Positions 17,206-26,622 of a DNA stretch of 32,000 nucleotides are shown one piece after another. Under the pieces are notes generated by a model. The model saw only the letters and a program-made list of their open reading frames with translations. It ran no database searches and had not been told where the DNA came from. Position 1 is the first letter of the stretch, and each line of letters starts with the position of its first letter. The position numbers and the translations under genes are program-made. This DNA is from Pseudodesulfovibrio piezophilus C1TLV30 (GTDB taxonomy: Bacteria > Desulfobacterota > Desulfovibrionia > Desulfovibrionales > Desulfovibrionaceae), in NCBI RefSeq assembly GCF_000341895.1, contig NC_020409.1:2070001-2102000 (forward strand), in the 5' to 3' direction.

Positions 17206-18336
17206 ATGCTTGAATTATTTCGTGCGGCCAAAGCCGCGACCATGATTCCCGGTGCACCTGTCATTGACGATGCCGCCATTATAACCGAAGCGGGAATTAT
17301 CAAGGAGGTCGGTGTATTCAACCACCTCAAATCCTCATTTACCGGAACAGTCACAGACCTAGGCGATGTGACTCTCGCACCGGGACTCATCAACGCCCAC
17401 TCTCACCTCGAATTGGCTCACCTGCGTGGCAAATGCCCGTCCGGCGCGGGATTTGTCGCATGGGTGGAAAACCTGCTCGGTCAACCCATTTTCGAACTGG
17501 ACGATCAGGCGCTCAAACGAGCCACCGAAGAATTCAAACGAACCGGGACCGTCATGGTCGGGGATATCGCCACTCGTTTTGCAAAACACATGGCCGGAGT
17601 CTTTGAAACTTCCGGTCTTTTTTTTGCCGTATTTGTGGAAGCCATTGGTGAAACCATCCCCAGGAAGACCTTCATACCGGCAGGCGAATTTCACAACGGG
17701 GTCATGTCCGTGGCCGGGCATGCCCTCTACACCACCCATGTTGACGTCTTGAAGGCGGCAAAGAACGAGGCCCGCCATAAGAATCTCCCCTTCTCGCTTC
17801 ACCTGGCCGAGCATGATGATGAAGTCGCGATCATGGCAGGTGAACCCAGTGAATTTCTCGACCTGCTCAATGCCCGTGGTCGACTGCTCGATTTCATCCC
17901 GCCTAAGAAACGTCCAGTTCAGCAAGCTGCTGCACTGGGGATACTGGATGCGTCCACCTTGGCAGTCCACTGCGTGAAGGTTACGGATGAGGATATCGAA
18001 ACAATCCGGCAGTCCGGTGCCACGGTCTGCCTCTGCCCACGCTCAAATGAATTCATCGGCGTAGGACAAGCCCCCTGGGAAAAATGGCATGCGTCAGGAA
18101 CTCCTCTGTGCCTCGGCACGGATTCACTGGCATCGAATCACGATCTCGATTTATGGAATGAGGCAGTCTATCTCAAACACAACTTCAATGGCGAGCTTTC
18201 CTATGAGACCCTGCTTGCCATGCTGACCCGCACCCCTGCAAAGATATTGGGTGCAGATCACGAACTCGGGACTCTGGAACCGGGGAAACGCGCTGTTTTC
18301 TCGACTGTTCCCAATAAGATACATGAGCTTTTCTAG
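17206..18336 (+). CDS. Amidohydrolase-superfamily nucleoside/nucleobase deaminase-like protein (chlorohydrolase/aminofutalosine-deaminase-like)
   Basis: 376 aa. Metal-ligand motifs are present: GLINAHSHLE (HxH), SLHLAEHDDE, AVHCV, GTDSLASN. The precise substrate cannot be assigned from sequence reading. Confidence 0.75.
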   Translation: MLELFRAAKAATMIPGAPVIDDAAIITEAGIIKEVGVFNHLKSSFTGTVTDLGDVTLAPGLINAHSHLELAHLRGKCPSGAGFVAWVENLLGQPIFELDDQALKRATEEFKRTGTVMVGDIATRFAKHMAGVFETSGLFFAVFVEAIGETIPRKTFIPAGEFHNGVMSVAGHALYTTHVDVLKAAKNEARHKNLPFSLHLAEHDDEVAIMAGEPSEFLDLLNARGRLLDFIPPKKRPVQQAAALGILDASTLAVHCVKVTDEDIETIRQSGATVCLCPRSNEFIGVGQAPWEKWHASGTPLCLGTDSLASNHDLDLWNEAVYLKHNFNGELSYETLLAMLTRTPAKILGADHELGTLEPGKRAVFSTVPNKIHELF

Positions 18337-18357
18337 CATGTTGGAGGCAGCATAGGT

Positions 18358-19287
18358 ATGAAATGGCTACACAAGGATTTACTGGACGTCTCCCAGCTTT
18401 CCCACGCTGAAGTCATGGCGATTTTCGAAACAGCAGGTCGCTTTCAGGAACTTCAGGAACGGCCGGTCAAGAAGGTACCGACACTGAAAGGGCGGAGTGT
18501 CGTCCTCTTCTTTGCCGAACCGAGTACACGCACCAAGACCAGCTTCGACGTCGCAGGCAAGAGGCTCTCCGCCGACACCTTTTCTCTGGCCAAGAGTTCG
18601 TCCAGCCTGCAAAAAGGGGAAACCCTCAAGGACACAGCTCTGACGCTTCAAGCCATGGCACCGGATGCCATCGTCATCCGGCACTGGTGCAGCGGAGCGG
18701 CCCGTTTTCTGGCGGATCGACTGGATTGTTCCATCATCAATGCCGGAGATGGCCGCCATGCGCATCCCACCCAGGCATTGCTCGATAGCCTCACTCTGCA
18801 TCAGGAATGGGGCGACATGGCAGGCAAGACCATTCTCATTCTCGGAGACATCGCCCACAGCCGGGTCGCCCGGTCAAATGTCATCCTGCTCAATAAACTC
18901 GGTGCAAAAGTTCGACTCTGTGGCCCCCGAACCCTGCTGCCCCCAGCCGTCAAACACTGGCAGGCAGAGGTGTATTCCGACCTCACTGAAGCATGCAAAG
19001 GAGTGGACGCCGTCATGTGTCTCCGGCTCCAACTGGAACGCCAGCACGACGGTCTGCTCCCTGACCTCCGCGAATACGCACGAACGTACGGACTCGGACC
19101 TCGGCACATTGATGTCGCCAACCCCGAAGTCAAGATCCTGCATCCCGGTCCCATCAATCGAGGGATCGAAATCAGTTCCGCCCTTGCAGACTGCACGGAT
19201 TCACTTATCCTCGATCAGGTCTCCAGCGGCGTTGTTGTCAGAATGGCCTTGCTCTTTCTGTACATGACCCGCAAAGGCGATGAGTAA
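18358..19287 (+). CDS. pyrB: Aspartate carbamoyltransferase catalytic subunit
   Basis: 309 aa. Motifs: [12 protein letters not shown] (carbamoyl-phosphate site), [21 protein letters not shown] lies upstream. Confidence 0.95.
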   Translation: MKWLHKDLLDVSQLSHAEVMAIFETAGRFQELQERPVKKVPTLKGRSVVLFFAEPSTRTKTSFDVAGKRLSADTFSLAKSSSSLQKGETLKDTALTLQAMAPDAIVIRHWCSGAARFLADRLDCSIINAGDGRHAHPTQALLDSLTLHQEWGDMAGKTILILGDIAHSRVARSNVILLNKLGAKVRLCGPRTLLPPAVKHWQAEVYSDLTEACKGVDAVMCLRLQLERQHDGLLPDLREYARTYGLGPRHIDVANPEVKILHPGPINRGIEISSALADCTDSLILDQVSSGVVVRMALLFLYMTRKGDE

Positions 19288-19563
19288 CAAGAGGCCAGGA
19301 AGAGCCACGAGGCAAGACCGCTTTGGATGGCGAGAGACCGGTCATTTTGCCACCGGGGAGGGCAAGAAATCAAGCCTCTTGCGTGCCCCAGTGGAATACA
19401 TGATACCCGGAACGGGCGGAAAGACAGAGGAAAAGGTCGTCGAACATGTTGGCCTTGAACATCTAATTTTTTGGGAGAATCCTAAGAACCTTCTTCAAGA
19501 GGAGCTTAGGATTCGCAGAGGCCCACGGCAAGGTCGCCGATGGCAACCAGGAGGATACTTATC

Positions 19564-20847
19564 ATGGCAAAAATCGACTTGATCGTACACAGGGCAAAAC
19601 TAGATGAGAGGGACGTGGATATTTTTGTCTCCAAGGGCACGATTGTCGAAGTCAAGGACTCTGTCAAACACCTTGATTCAGAAGATGCGCAGATTGAGGA
19701 AGCATACGGGCTGACAGTGCTGCCGTCGTTGACGGATGTCCATGTCCACTTGCGCGAACCCGGATTCGAGTACAAGGAAGACATTGAATCGGGGTTGCGC
19801 ACCGCAGCCTGGGGTGGTTTCGGCAATATCATGTGCATGGCGAACACGAAACCGATCAATGATGACGACTCGGTCACGGCGCTGATGCTGGATAAATCGC
19901 GTGAATACTGGCCCAATGGCCCAAGGTTATTCCCGATCGGCGCTCTGACAAAAAAACTGAAAGGCGAAGAACTGGCACCAATGGCCGAACTGGCCAAGGC
20001 TGGATGTGCCGCTTTTTCCAACGATGGAGTGCCGGTTAAATCCACAGAACTCTTTCGAAGGGCCATGGAGTACGCATCAGATTGGGACCGTGTGGTCATC
20101 GACCATTGCGAAGACCCGTATCTGGGGGTGGCAGCGGGCGTAAACGAGGGAGCGGTTTCAAGCCGACTGGGATTACCCGCTCAACCGGATGTCGCCGAAG
20201 CCTTGCAGGTTGCGCGGGACATCCTCATGGCTGAATATCTGAATCTGCCGATTCATCTGGCCCATATTTCATGCAGAAAATCAGTGGACCTGATTCGATT
20301 TGCCAAGGCACGGGGCGTCAAGGTCACAGCCGAGACTGCTCCCCATTACCTGCTGCTTACCGAGGAATATCTGGAACAGGACGCATCGGAATACGACACC
20401 AATGCCAAGGTCAACCCGCCCCTGCGGACAGAGGATGATCGACAGGCAATGCTCGACGCCCTTAATGACGGGACCGTGGATTGCCTGGCTACTGACCATG
20501 CTCCCCATGCAGGATATGAAAAAGAGACCGAGTTTGATGTTGCGCCATGCGGCATCAGCGGCTTGGATACAGCGCTGTCTGTCACATGGCAGTTGGTCCG
20601 CGATGGAGCGCTTGACAAAGCGGCTTTTCTCCGAGGCTGGACAACTGCTCCCTGCTCCATTTTCAATCTGCCTGTCAATACGTTCACTCCAGGCGATCCT
20701 GCCGACTTCTTCCTGTTCGATGAAGCAGAGGAATGGACCGTCACGGCAGAGACGCTGCATTCCAAGGGCAAAAACACGCCTCTACTTGGCGAAACCCTGA
20801 AAGGGCGGGTAAAAACCCATTTCATTCAGGGCAAAAAGATTGTATAG
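19564..20847 (+). CDS. pyrC: Dihydroorotase (type I, about 427 aa)
   Basis: DVHVHLREPG (HxH), NDGVPV, HLAHISC, ATDHAPH. The start is ATG 19564 with AGGAGG 9 nt upstream. The ATG at 19540 is an alternative. Confidence 0.92.
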   Translation: MAKIDLIVHRAKLDERDVDIFVSKGTIVEVKDSVKHLDSEDAQIEEAYGLTVLPSLTDVHVHLREPGFEYKEDIESGLRTAAWGGFGNIMCMANTKPINDDDSVTALMLDKSREYWPNGPRLFPIGALTKKLKGEELAPMAELAKAGCAAFSNDGVPVKSTELFRRAMEYASDWDRVVIDHCEDPYLGVAAGVNEGAVSSRLGLPAQPDVAEALQVARDILMAEYLNLPIHLAHISCRKSVDLIRFAKARGVKVTAETAPHYLLLTEEYLEQDASEYDTNAKVNPPLRTEDDRQAMLDALNDGTVDCLATDHAPHAGYEKETEFDVAPCGISGLDTALSVTWQLVRDGALDKAAFLRGWTTAPCSIFNLPVNTFTPGDPADFFLFDEAEEWTVTAETLHSKGKNTPLLGETLKGRVKTHFIQGKKIV

Positions 20848-21052
20848 ACCGGGCAGTGGTATTCACGGCACTGCCGTGAAGATGTCAGTCAGAATATCCA
20901 GGTCCTTATACTATAAAAAATACAGGCCGATCATGAAACACGGAGAGTGAAGCCGTTTGCAAGTCGAGTTCGGAACGCAGAACAAACGTCCCGGAATGAC
21001 TTTTCCCCCGCTTCACATTGAAGATGTTTCCACTTGGCCTGGAGGAAGGAAT

Positions 21053-22384
21053 ATGAGTCAACCTTTCAAAGATGCAGTCGGCTTCTGTAAAACCATCATG
21101 CGCAACGGGTATGACGCATATGTTGTCAATATCCGTCTTCAGGCATTGACCCTCGACGAATCGGGCGAGGAAAAAGAACTCGATATCTGCACCGATGCCA
21201 GTCTGGCAGAGCTGCAAAAATATTTTCCCACCATGGAAGAGTCCAAGGACAAAGGCATCATAGGCACCCTGAAAGAGGGTGATGTCATGTTCTACTTCTA
21301 TGCCGCCGACGTGGATGATGCCTCCTATGTGGGCGAGGCCGTGGCTTCCATGACCCCCCGACTGCTCAAACGACTTGAGAAGCGAGGCGATATTCCCCTT
21401 TCCTCGGTCTGTCCATTTATTCCCAAGGCAAAGGATACCTACGCCGACTTTGCGGATTTTGCCGAAGGCAAGATTCGTTTCAAGGGAGATTCCGACCAAG
21501 CCTTGAAAAAAGATTATTCCCTGGCATACCGCGCCATGCGTTTTGCCGCCAATTTCGACAAGGAAATCGAAGCCAACTCATGGGTTGCCATCGTGCGCAA
21601 CTCACGGCATATCCTGGAATTCGTGCCCATGGCCGATTTCCTGGACGAATGGCACAAGGTTGAAGCGGAATCCATGCATCGTTTCTTCCACCTGCTCTTT
21701 GACTCCATGCTCTTGCACGGCCTGATTCCCGAGGTCGCAGCCCTTTCCAGAGTCAAACAGATCAGGAACTCGGAAGAAGGAACTGAGGAAACCGTTCTGG
21801 AGCACACCTTCAATGTCATGCAGACCTATCCGGAAGAGTTACCCTACGACTGGAAAGGGACTGTCGCCTGTCTCTTCCATGATGTCGGAAAACTCTATAC
21901 GGCCGAGTTTTATGAGGATAAATGGAATTTTCTTCAGCACCACAGAGTCGGAGCCAAAGTTGTCCGCCGCATTCTGAAAAGATTGCGCTTCGAAGAGCAG
22001 GATATCGATCTGATATGCGATCTGGTGCAAAACCATATGCGCCCGCATTTCATGCTGACAGACAAGGGAATCCGGCGCCTGCGGTCTCTGGATGAATACC
22101 CACGCATCATGGAGATGGTCAAAGCCGACATCAAGTCGCGCGATGGCTCCTGGCGCGAATTCAACCACAACCTCAAGATGGCTGAACGCGCGGATATTCC
22201 AGATAACGAAATCGAACCCATGCTTGACGGCAACCGAATCATGGAGATGACACAGCTCAATCCCGGCCCAATCATCGGCAAGATTCGCGAGGACCTGCTG
22301 AAAGCCCAGATCGCCGGAAACGTCAATACCGACGACGAAGCGGAACAATTTGTTTACGACTACGTGAGTAAAAACAAAATCTGA
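21053..22384 (+). CDS. PolyA polymerase/CCA-adding-enzyme-family protein with degenerate nucleotidyltransferase head and intact HD domain
   Basis: 443 aa from ATG 21053 (GGAGGAAGG upstream). The head aligns to class II NTases, but GGxVRD reads VVNIRL and DxD reads ELD. The HD domain is intact (ACLFHDVGK...HHRVGAKV...LVQNHMRPH). Confidence 0.7.
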   Translation: MSQPFKDAVGFCKTIMRNGYDAYVVNIRLQALTLDESGEEKELDICTDASLAELQKYFPTMEESKDKGIIGTLKEGDVMFYFYAADVDDASYVGEAVASMTPRLLKRLEKRGDIPLSSVCPFIPKAKDTYADFADFAEGKIRFKGDSDQALKKDYSLAYRAMRFAANFDKEIEANSWVAIVRNSRHILEFVPMADFLDEWHKVEAESMHRFFHLLFDSMLLHGLIPEVAALSRVKQIRNSEEGTEETVLEHTFNVMQTYPEELPYDWKGTVACLFHDVGKLYTAEFYEDKWNFLQHHRVGAKVVRRILKRLRFEEQDIDLICDLVQNHMRPHFMLTDKGIRRLRSLDEYPRIMEMVKADIKSRDGSWREFNHNLKMAERADIPDNEIEPMLDGNRIMEMTQLNPGPIIGKIREDLLKAQIAGNVNTDDEAEQFVYDYVSKNKI

Positions 22385-22410
22385 TCCGAAAAGTACTTCC
22401 AACGACTGAT

Positions 22411-22450
22411 AGTCCGCTCTGTCTACAAAGACAGAGCGGACTTCTGTTTT
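22411..22450 (+). terminator. Rho-independent terminator between convergent genes
   Basis: AGTCCGCTCTGTCT, loop ACAA, AGACAGAGCGGACT (14-bp perfect stem), followed by TCTGTTTT. Confidence 0.8.
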
Positions 22451-22525
22451 GGGACAACAACTCCCGAGACGGATATACACCGTGCTTCTTTTGAAACACG
22501 GCGTTTTTTCGGGAACGTGCTATTT

Positions 22526-24046
22526 TTACTGACGATGCGGTGGCACGCCGGGCCTTCCGTGGACAGGGACGCACACCAGGAGTTCCCCAGTGTCACGACA
22601 GAGACCGGAAAGCGCTCCACGGGGACCATCCACGGTGCAGGCCTTGTTCTCAACAAGGTTTCGACACGCTTCTATGGCTTCAGGTGGCGGGGAGTGATGC
22701 AGCATGGGCTCCTGCCCGTGCATGCGGTGCGTGTCCATGGGGCCGTGTCCACCCCGGTGATGAGGCTCTCCCGGAGGAGGACCATATCCCGATTTATGTT
22801 CGGGAAGTGGGGCCACTTCTTCGCCTGGGTGCTCCACCCCGGTCCAGTCCGGGATGGGAGTGGATATTGGCTCATAATATTCCACGCCCCCCCCGGCCAC
22901 GCATCGAATGGCATTGAGAATGCGGATATCATCCCCTTGCGGTCCCTGACCCTGAGAATACTTGGCCGCATTGCCCGCCTTGGGATCACTGCGTTGTGCG
23001 CCCGCTCCATGAACATCAAGAAACCGCTTGGCAGCCTGACTCCGGGGCGGCGCAAAATATCCCATGGCTCGGCCAAAGGCGATATAAACGGCCCGACTCG
23101 GCTTTGGACCATCGAGATGCGTCGTTGATGTCCAAAAATAAGCATTCTTGTCGGTCACGGAAAAAATCGGATCAATCGCTGCGGAGTCCGTCGATTCCGG
23201 GCTGCGGGAGTAATCAACGATCGACTGGAGTTCTTTGGCACTGGGGAGACGCCAATCAGTGCGCCCAGCCAGGTCGAGGTCGGAACAATAATTCAGGGCG
23301 TACTCCCAATCCAGAGGATCACGGCTATCCTTCTGTTGCCAGATCAATCCGGTGGCCTTGTCTTCGACAGTGCCGTCTCCCTTGTCCACAAAAGAATTCT
23401 TGCCGTACTTCGAGGTGCCGCGAACATACCGAATATACTTGTTATGCCATTGCCCTCGACCATTGATCGGATACGCCTTGATACGGCCATCGGCAAAATT
23501 GACACCAAATGCGGCTTCTTCCCCACCCATGACTGTTCCCATATACTTGGTGGACGACCAGTCCTGGCTGTCGATAAGACGCTCCCCGATTCGAGGATCG
23601 CCATACTTGAAATCAAAATACCGGGTATTGATGAAAGGAATGGAATCATGTTCGTTCCCCTGCACCCATCCGTTGAAATCAATGAGCGAATACAACTCCT
23701 TGATGGTAGGAGCACGCCAATCCGAATAGCCTCCGACCCGGCACGTGGCGGCTTCGCTCATCGCCAGACTCCATGAGATCTTGTACCCCCGCTCTTTGAC
23801 CCACATCAATCCGGTGACAAGGTCGCTGACCGTCCCGTCTCCATTATCCTGATACCGGGCTGCGTGCCCTTTGTATTGAGCATCCTGACCGTCAAATATT
23901 TCCTCTGGAGCCGGGCAATCGATCTGACCGGAATTGTTGAAGCAGGCGTTTTGCCCGGTGTCGACGATAGGGTACGACTCCCCCTTTGCCTGCCCTGTCA
24001 CAACGAATAAACTGATGAGTATGGTATACAACGTGGTTCGAATCAT
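22526..24046 (-). CDS. Secreted DUF1566 (Lcl C-terminal-like) domain protein with His/Met-rich, Cys-containing C-terminal tail
   Basis: 506 aa from ATG 24046 (AGGAGA upstream). The signal peptide is MIRTTLYTILISLFVVTGQAKG. Two DUF1566-type modules are present (GYSDWRAPTIKELYSL; RTDWRLPSAKELQSIV). The tail is described in findings. Confidence 0.75.
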   Translation of the reverse strand: MIRTTLYTILISLFVVTGQAKGESYPIVDTGQNACFNNSGQIDCPAPEEIFDGQDAQYKGHAARYQDNGDGTVSDLVTGLMWVKERGYKISWSLAMSEAATCRVGGYSDWRAPTIKELYSLIDFNGWVQGNEHDSIPFINTRYFDFKYGDPRIGERLIDSQDWSSTKYMGTVMGGEEAAFGVNFADGRIKAYPINGRGQWHNKYIRYVRGTSKYGKNSFVDKGDGTVEDKATGLIWQQKDSRDPLDWEYALNYCSDLDLAGRTDWRLPSAKELQSIVDYSRSPESTDSAAIDPIFSVTDKNAYFWTSTTHLDGPKPSRAVYIAFGRAMGYFAPPRSQAAKRFLDVHGAGAQRSDPKAGNAAKYSQGQGPQGDDIRILNAIRCVAGGGVEYYEPISTPIPDWTGVEHPGEEVAPLPEHKSGYGPPPGEPHHRGGHGPMDTHRMHGQEPMLHHSPPPEAIEACRNLVENKACTVDGPRGALSGLCRDTGELLVCVPVHGRPGVPPHRQ

Positions 24047-24173
24047 GAGGTCTCCTATTCCTGAGTAATCGGAATGGCGTGTCCATGCGTTACACGATTC
24101 CCTCATCTTTTCTTCAGTGGCATTCAGAAAATCAACTTTTGAATCCTGCAAAGCAGATGCATCTGCCTCACAA

Positions 24174-24208
24174 AGAAAAACGCCGGAACAGGGTTCTGTT
24201 CCGGCGTT
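24174..24208 (-). terminator. Rho-independent terminator after nfnB
   Basis: A 13-bp perfect stem, AACGCCGGAACAG (24179-24191) with CTGTTCCGGCGTT (24196-24208). The A-run at 24176-24180 on the plus strand is a U-run on the minus transcript. Confidence 0.75.
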
Positions 24209-24230
24209 GCTTGATGCTTTTTCTCTTCGA

Positions 24231-25649
24231 CTACAGAAGTCGTTTGGCTATCTCACTGGCAGCCTTGCGACCAGCGCCCATGGCCGAAATGACCGTGGCA
24301 GCGCCCGTAACGATATCTCCCCCGGCAAAGACATTGGGGATGCTCGTCTCACCGGTCTCGGAATCAGCCTTGATGTAGCCCCACTTGTTCAGAGTCAGAT
24401 CCGGCGTCGCTTCCAGTAAAATCGGGTTGGGCCGGGTGCCGACAGCGATAATCGCCATATCACAGGCGACCTCCTCGGTTTCCCCTTCCAGGCAGACCGG
24501 AGAGCAACGACCTGACTCATCCGGCTCACCCAAAGCCATTTTCTGGACCGTCATGCTGGTCAGGCAGCCCTTCTCATCTCCATGAAAGGAAAGAGGACCA
24601 CACAAACACCGAATCTTGATCCCTTCTTCCACGGCATGATCGATCTCTTCACGACGGGCGGGCATTTCATCCTCACTGCGGCGATAGACAATGGAGACTT
24701 CTTCCGCTCCCATTCGCAGGGCGGTGCGAGCTGCATCCATGGCCACATTACCTGCGCCCAGGACAACAACGCGCCTGGCTCGATAGGCGGGAGTGTCGTA
24801 ATTGGGAAAATCATAGGCCCGCCCCAGATTGACTCGGGTCAGATATTCATTGGCCGAGAACACGCCCACAAGATTCTCACCCTCGACATTCAGGAATCGG
24901 GGCAGGCCTGCTCCCACCCCGATGAAAACGGCATTGTATCCGTCGTCGAACAAATCCTGAATGGTGACAGTCTGACCGCCCACCCAGTTAGTCCGAAAAG
25001 TCACACCCAGTTCCTTGAGCCCCTCCAATTCGCGGGCGACCACGTCCTTGGGCAGACGGAATTCGGGGATGCCATAAATAAGCACTCCCCCCGGCTCGTG
25101 CAGAGCTTCAAAGACATCCACCTTCATACCACGCCCGGCCAGATACCCGGCCACGGTCAGGGATGACGGTCCCGCGCCGATACAGGCGACTTTCAGGTCG
25201 TCACGCTCAAGGGCACAGGTAGAAAGGTCGGTCACAGCCTCACAAGCGGATTGCGCAGCAAAGGTATCGGCCACATATCGCTCCAGTCGGCCAATAGCCA
25301 CAGGCTCATGCTTCTTGCCCAAGATACACTTGCCCTCGCACTGGGATTCCTGCGGGCAGACACGGCCACAGACCGCTGGCAGGGAATTGGTCCTGCGAAT
25401 GATATCATACGCCTGATGCAGATCGTCATCACATAGGGCGGCAATGAACCCCTTAATGTCGATATTGACCGGACACCCCTCCTGGCACAGGGGTTTCTTG
25501 CATTGCAGACACCGGCCAGCTTCAAGCAATGCCTGTTCCCGCGAGTAGCCCAGGGCCACCTCATGGAAATTCGAGCCACGCTCCACAGCATCCTGATGGG
25601 GCATCCCCACGCGTGGCTGAACCATTTTTTTCCTTTTCACATCAGCCAT
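24231..25649 (-). CDS. nfnB: NADH-dependent reduced ferredoxin:NADP+ oxidoreductase large subunit (GltD-like, 2x[4Fe-4S] + FAD)
   Basis: 472 aa. N-terminal Cys clusters (CLQCKKPLCQEGCP; CGRVCPQESQCEGKC). Two dinucleotide folds (VACIGAGPSSL; VVVLGAGNVAMD). It has an 8-nt overlap with the upstream NfnA-like gene. Confidence 0.85.
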   Translation of the reverse strand: MADVKRKKMVQPRVGMPHQDAVERGSNFHEVALGYSREQALLEAGRCLQCKKPLCQEGCPVNIDIKGFIAALCDDDLHQAYDIIRRTNSLPAVCGRVCPQESQCEGKCILGKKHEPVAIGRLERYVADTFAAQSACEAVTDLSTCALERDDLKVACIGAGPSSLTVAGYLAGRGMKVDVFEALHEPGGVLIYGIPEFRLPKDVVARELEGLKELGVTFRTNWVGGQTVTIQDLFDDGYNAVFIGVGAGLPRFLNVEGENLVGVFSANEYLTRVNLGRAYDFPNYDTPAYRARRVVVLGAGNVAMDAARTALRMGAEEVSIVYRRSEDEMPARREEIDHAVEEGIKIRCLCGPLSFHGDEKGCLTSMTVQKMALGEPDESGRCSPVCLEGETEEVACDMAIIAVGTRPNPILLEATPDLTLNKWGYIKADSETGETSIPNVFAGGDIVTGAATVISAMGAGRKAASEIAKRLL

Positions 25650-26487
25650 TGCACTGACACTCCTTGCTGAAGCGTTCCATGGATTCCCCTTCCTGCTGCT
25701 TGAACTGCCACAGACGGGCTTTCAATTCGCCAAAATCCACCTTGTGTCCATCAAACTCAGGGCCGTCCACACAGGCAAAAAGCGTCTTGCCACCCACAGT
25801 ACAGCGGCAAGCACCACACATACCGATGCCGTCCACCATGATGGAGTTGAGGGAAACCGTGGTTTTGGTGCCAAAAGGTTCTGTCACGCGACAAACGGCT
25901 TCCATCATGGGGACCGGGCCGATGGCAACGACCTCGGCCACGTCATCTTCGGTCTCCAGGATGTCCTGAAGGATTTCCGTCACAAACCCCTTGTGCCCTT
26001 CACTCCCATCATCCGTGGCGATACGCAGCTCGGGACAGAATGAAGACAGCTCGGAACAGAAAAGGAGCAAGTCCTTACTCCGTGCCCCGACAATGGCGAT
26101 GACACGGTTTCCGGCTTCCACATGTCCCTTGGCAATATGGTGCATGGCCGCGATGCCTGTTCCGCCGCCCACACAGACCACGGTCCCGGACTGCTTGATG
26201 TGGGTGGCCTTGCCCAAAGGACCACAGACATCCATGAATTCATCACCTTCACTAAGGGTATTCATCTCTGCCGTGCTCTTGCCGACAACGAGATAAACAA
26301 TGGTGATCGTCCCGTTTTCCTTGTCGCAATCCGCAATGGTCAAGGGAACCCGTTCACCATTGCTGCTGGTGCGCATCATGACGAAATTGCCAGGCTTGGC
26401 CTTGGCTGCGATCTGGGGCGCATCAATGACCAGCATGGTCGTTTGCCCCGGAATCAGCTCTTCTTTCCGCAAAATCTTGTAGCCCAT
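25642..26487 (-). CDS. nfnA: NfnA-type subunit (sulfide/dihydroorotate dehydrogenase-like FAD/NAD-binding protein with [2Fe-2S])
   Basis: 281 aa. It has a ferredoxin-reductase-like fold (RVPLTIAD; VCVGGGTGIAAM) and a C-terminal cluster motif (GMCGACRC...C). GGAAGG lies upstream of the ATG at 26487. Confidence 0.85.
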   Translation of the reverse strand: MGYKILRKEELIPGQTTMLVIDAPQIAAKAKPGNFVMMRTSSNGERVPLTIADCDKENGTITIVYLVVGKSTAEMNTLSEGDEFMDVCGPLGKATHIKQSGTVVCVGGGTGIAAMHHIAKGHVEAGNRVIAIVGARSKDLLLFCSELSSFCPELRIATDDGSEGHKGFVTEILQDILETEDDVAEVVAIGPVPMMEAVCRVTEPFGTKTTVSLNSIMVDGIGMCGACRCTVGGKTLFACVDGPEFDGHKVDFGELKARLWQFKQQEGESMERFSKECQCNG

Positions 26488-26588
26488 GGAAACCTTCCGA
26501 AGTTGAAACTCTCACTCTGTGGTGACATGCCTGGAACGCGTACGGTGTTCGACGGCAAAACCAAAGCTACTAGCCTTTCGTTGTGGGG

Positions 26589-26622
26589 TTGTCAAAACCG
26601 GCACGAGCGCCTATAGTATAAT
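26589..26622 (+). promoter_or_regulatory. Candidate sigma70-type promoter facing the orphan gene at 26879
   Basis: TTGTCA (26589-26594), a 17-nt spacer, then TATAGT (26612-17), which overlaps TATAAT (26617-22). This is sequence resemblance only. Confidence 0.35.

Noticed and set aside
19280-19582. The 100-aa ORF filling the pyrB-pyrC spacer.
   Set aside because: It starts inside the pyrB stop region without an RBS and has an Arg/Gly/Trp-rich composition unlike the neighbouring genes. It also reads across the pyrC RBS and start. It is treated as non-coding spacer (see finding).
26581-26598. A Rex-like half-site, TTGTGGGGTTGTCAAAAC, upstream of nfnA.
   Set aside because: Only the first TTGTG half matches the TTGTGAA-N4-TTCACAA consensus. 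The second half is not complementary.
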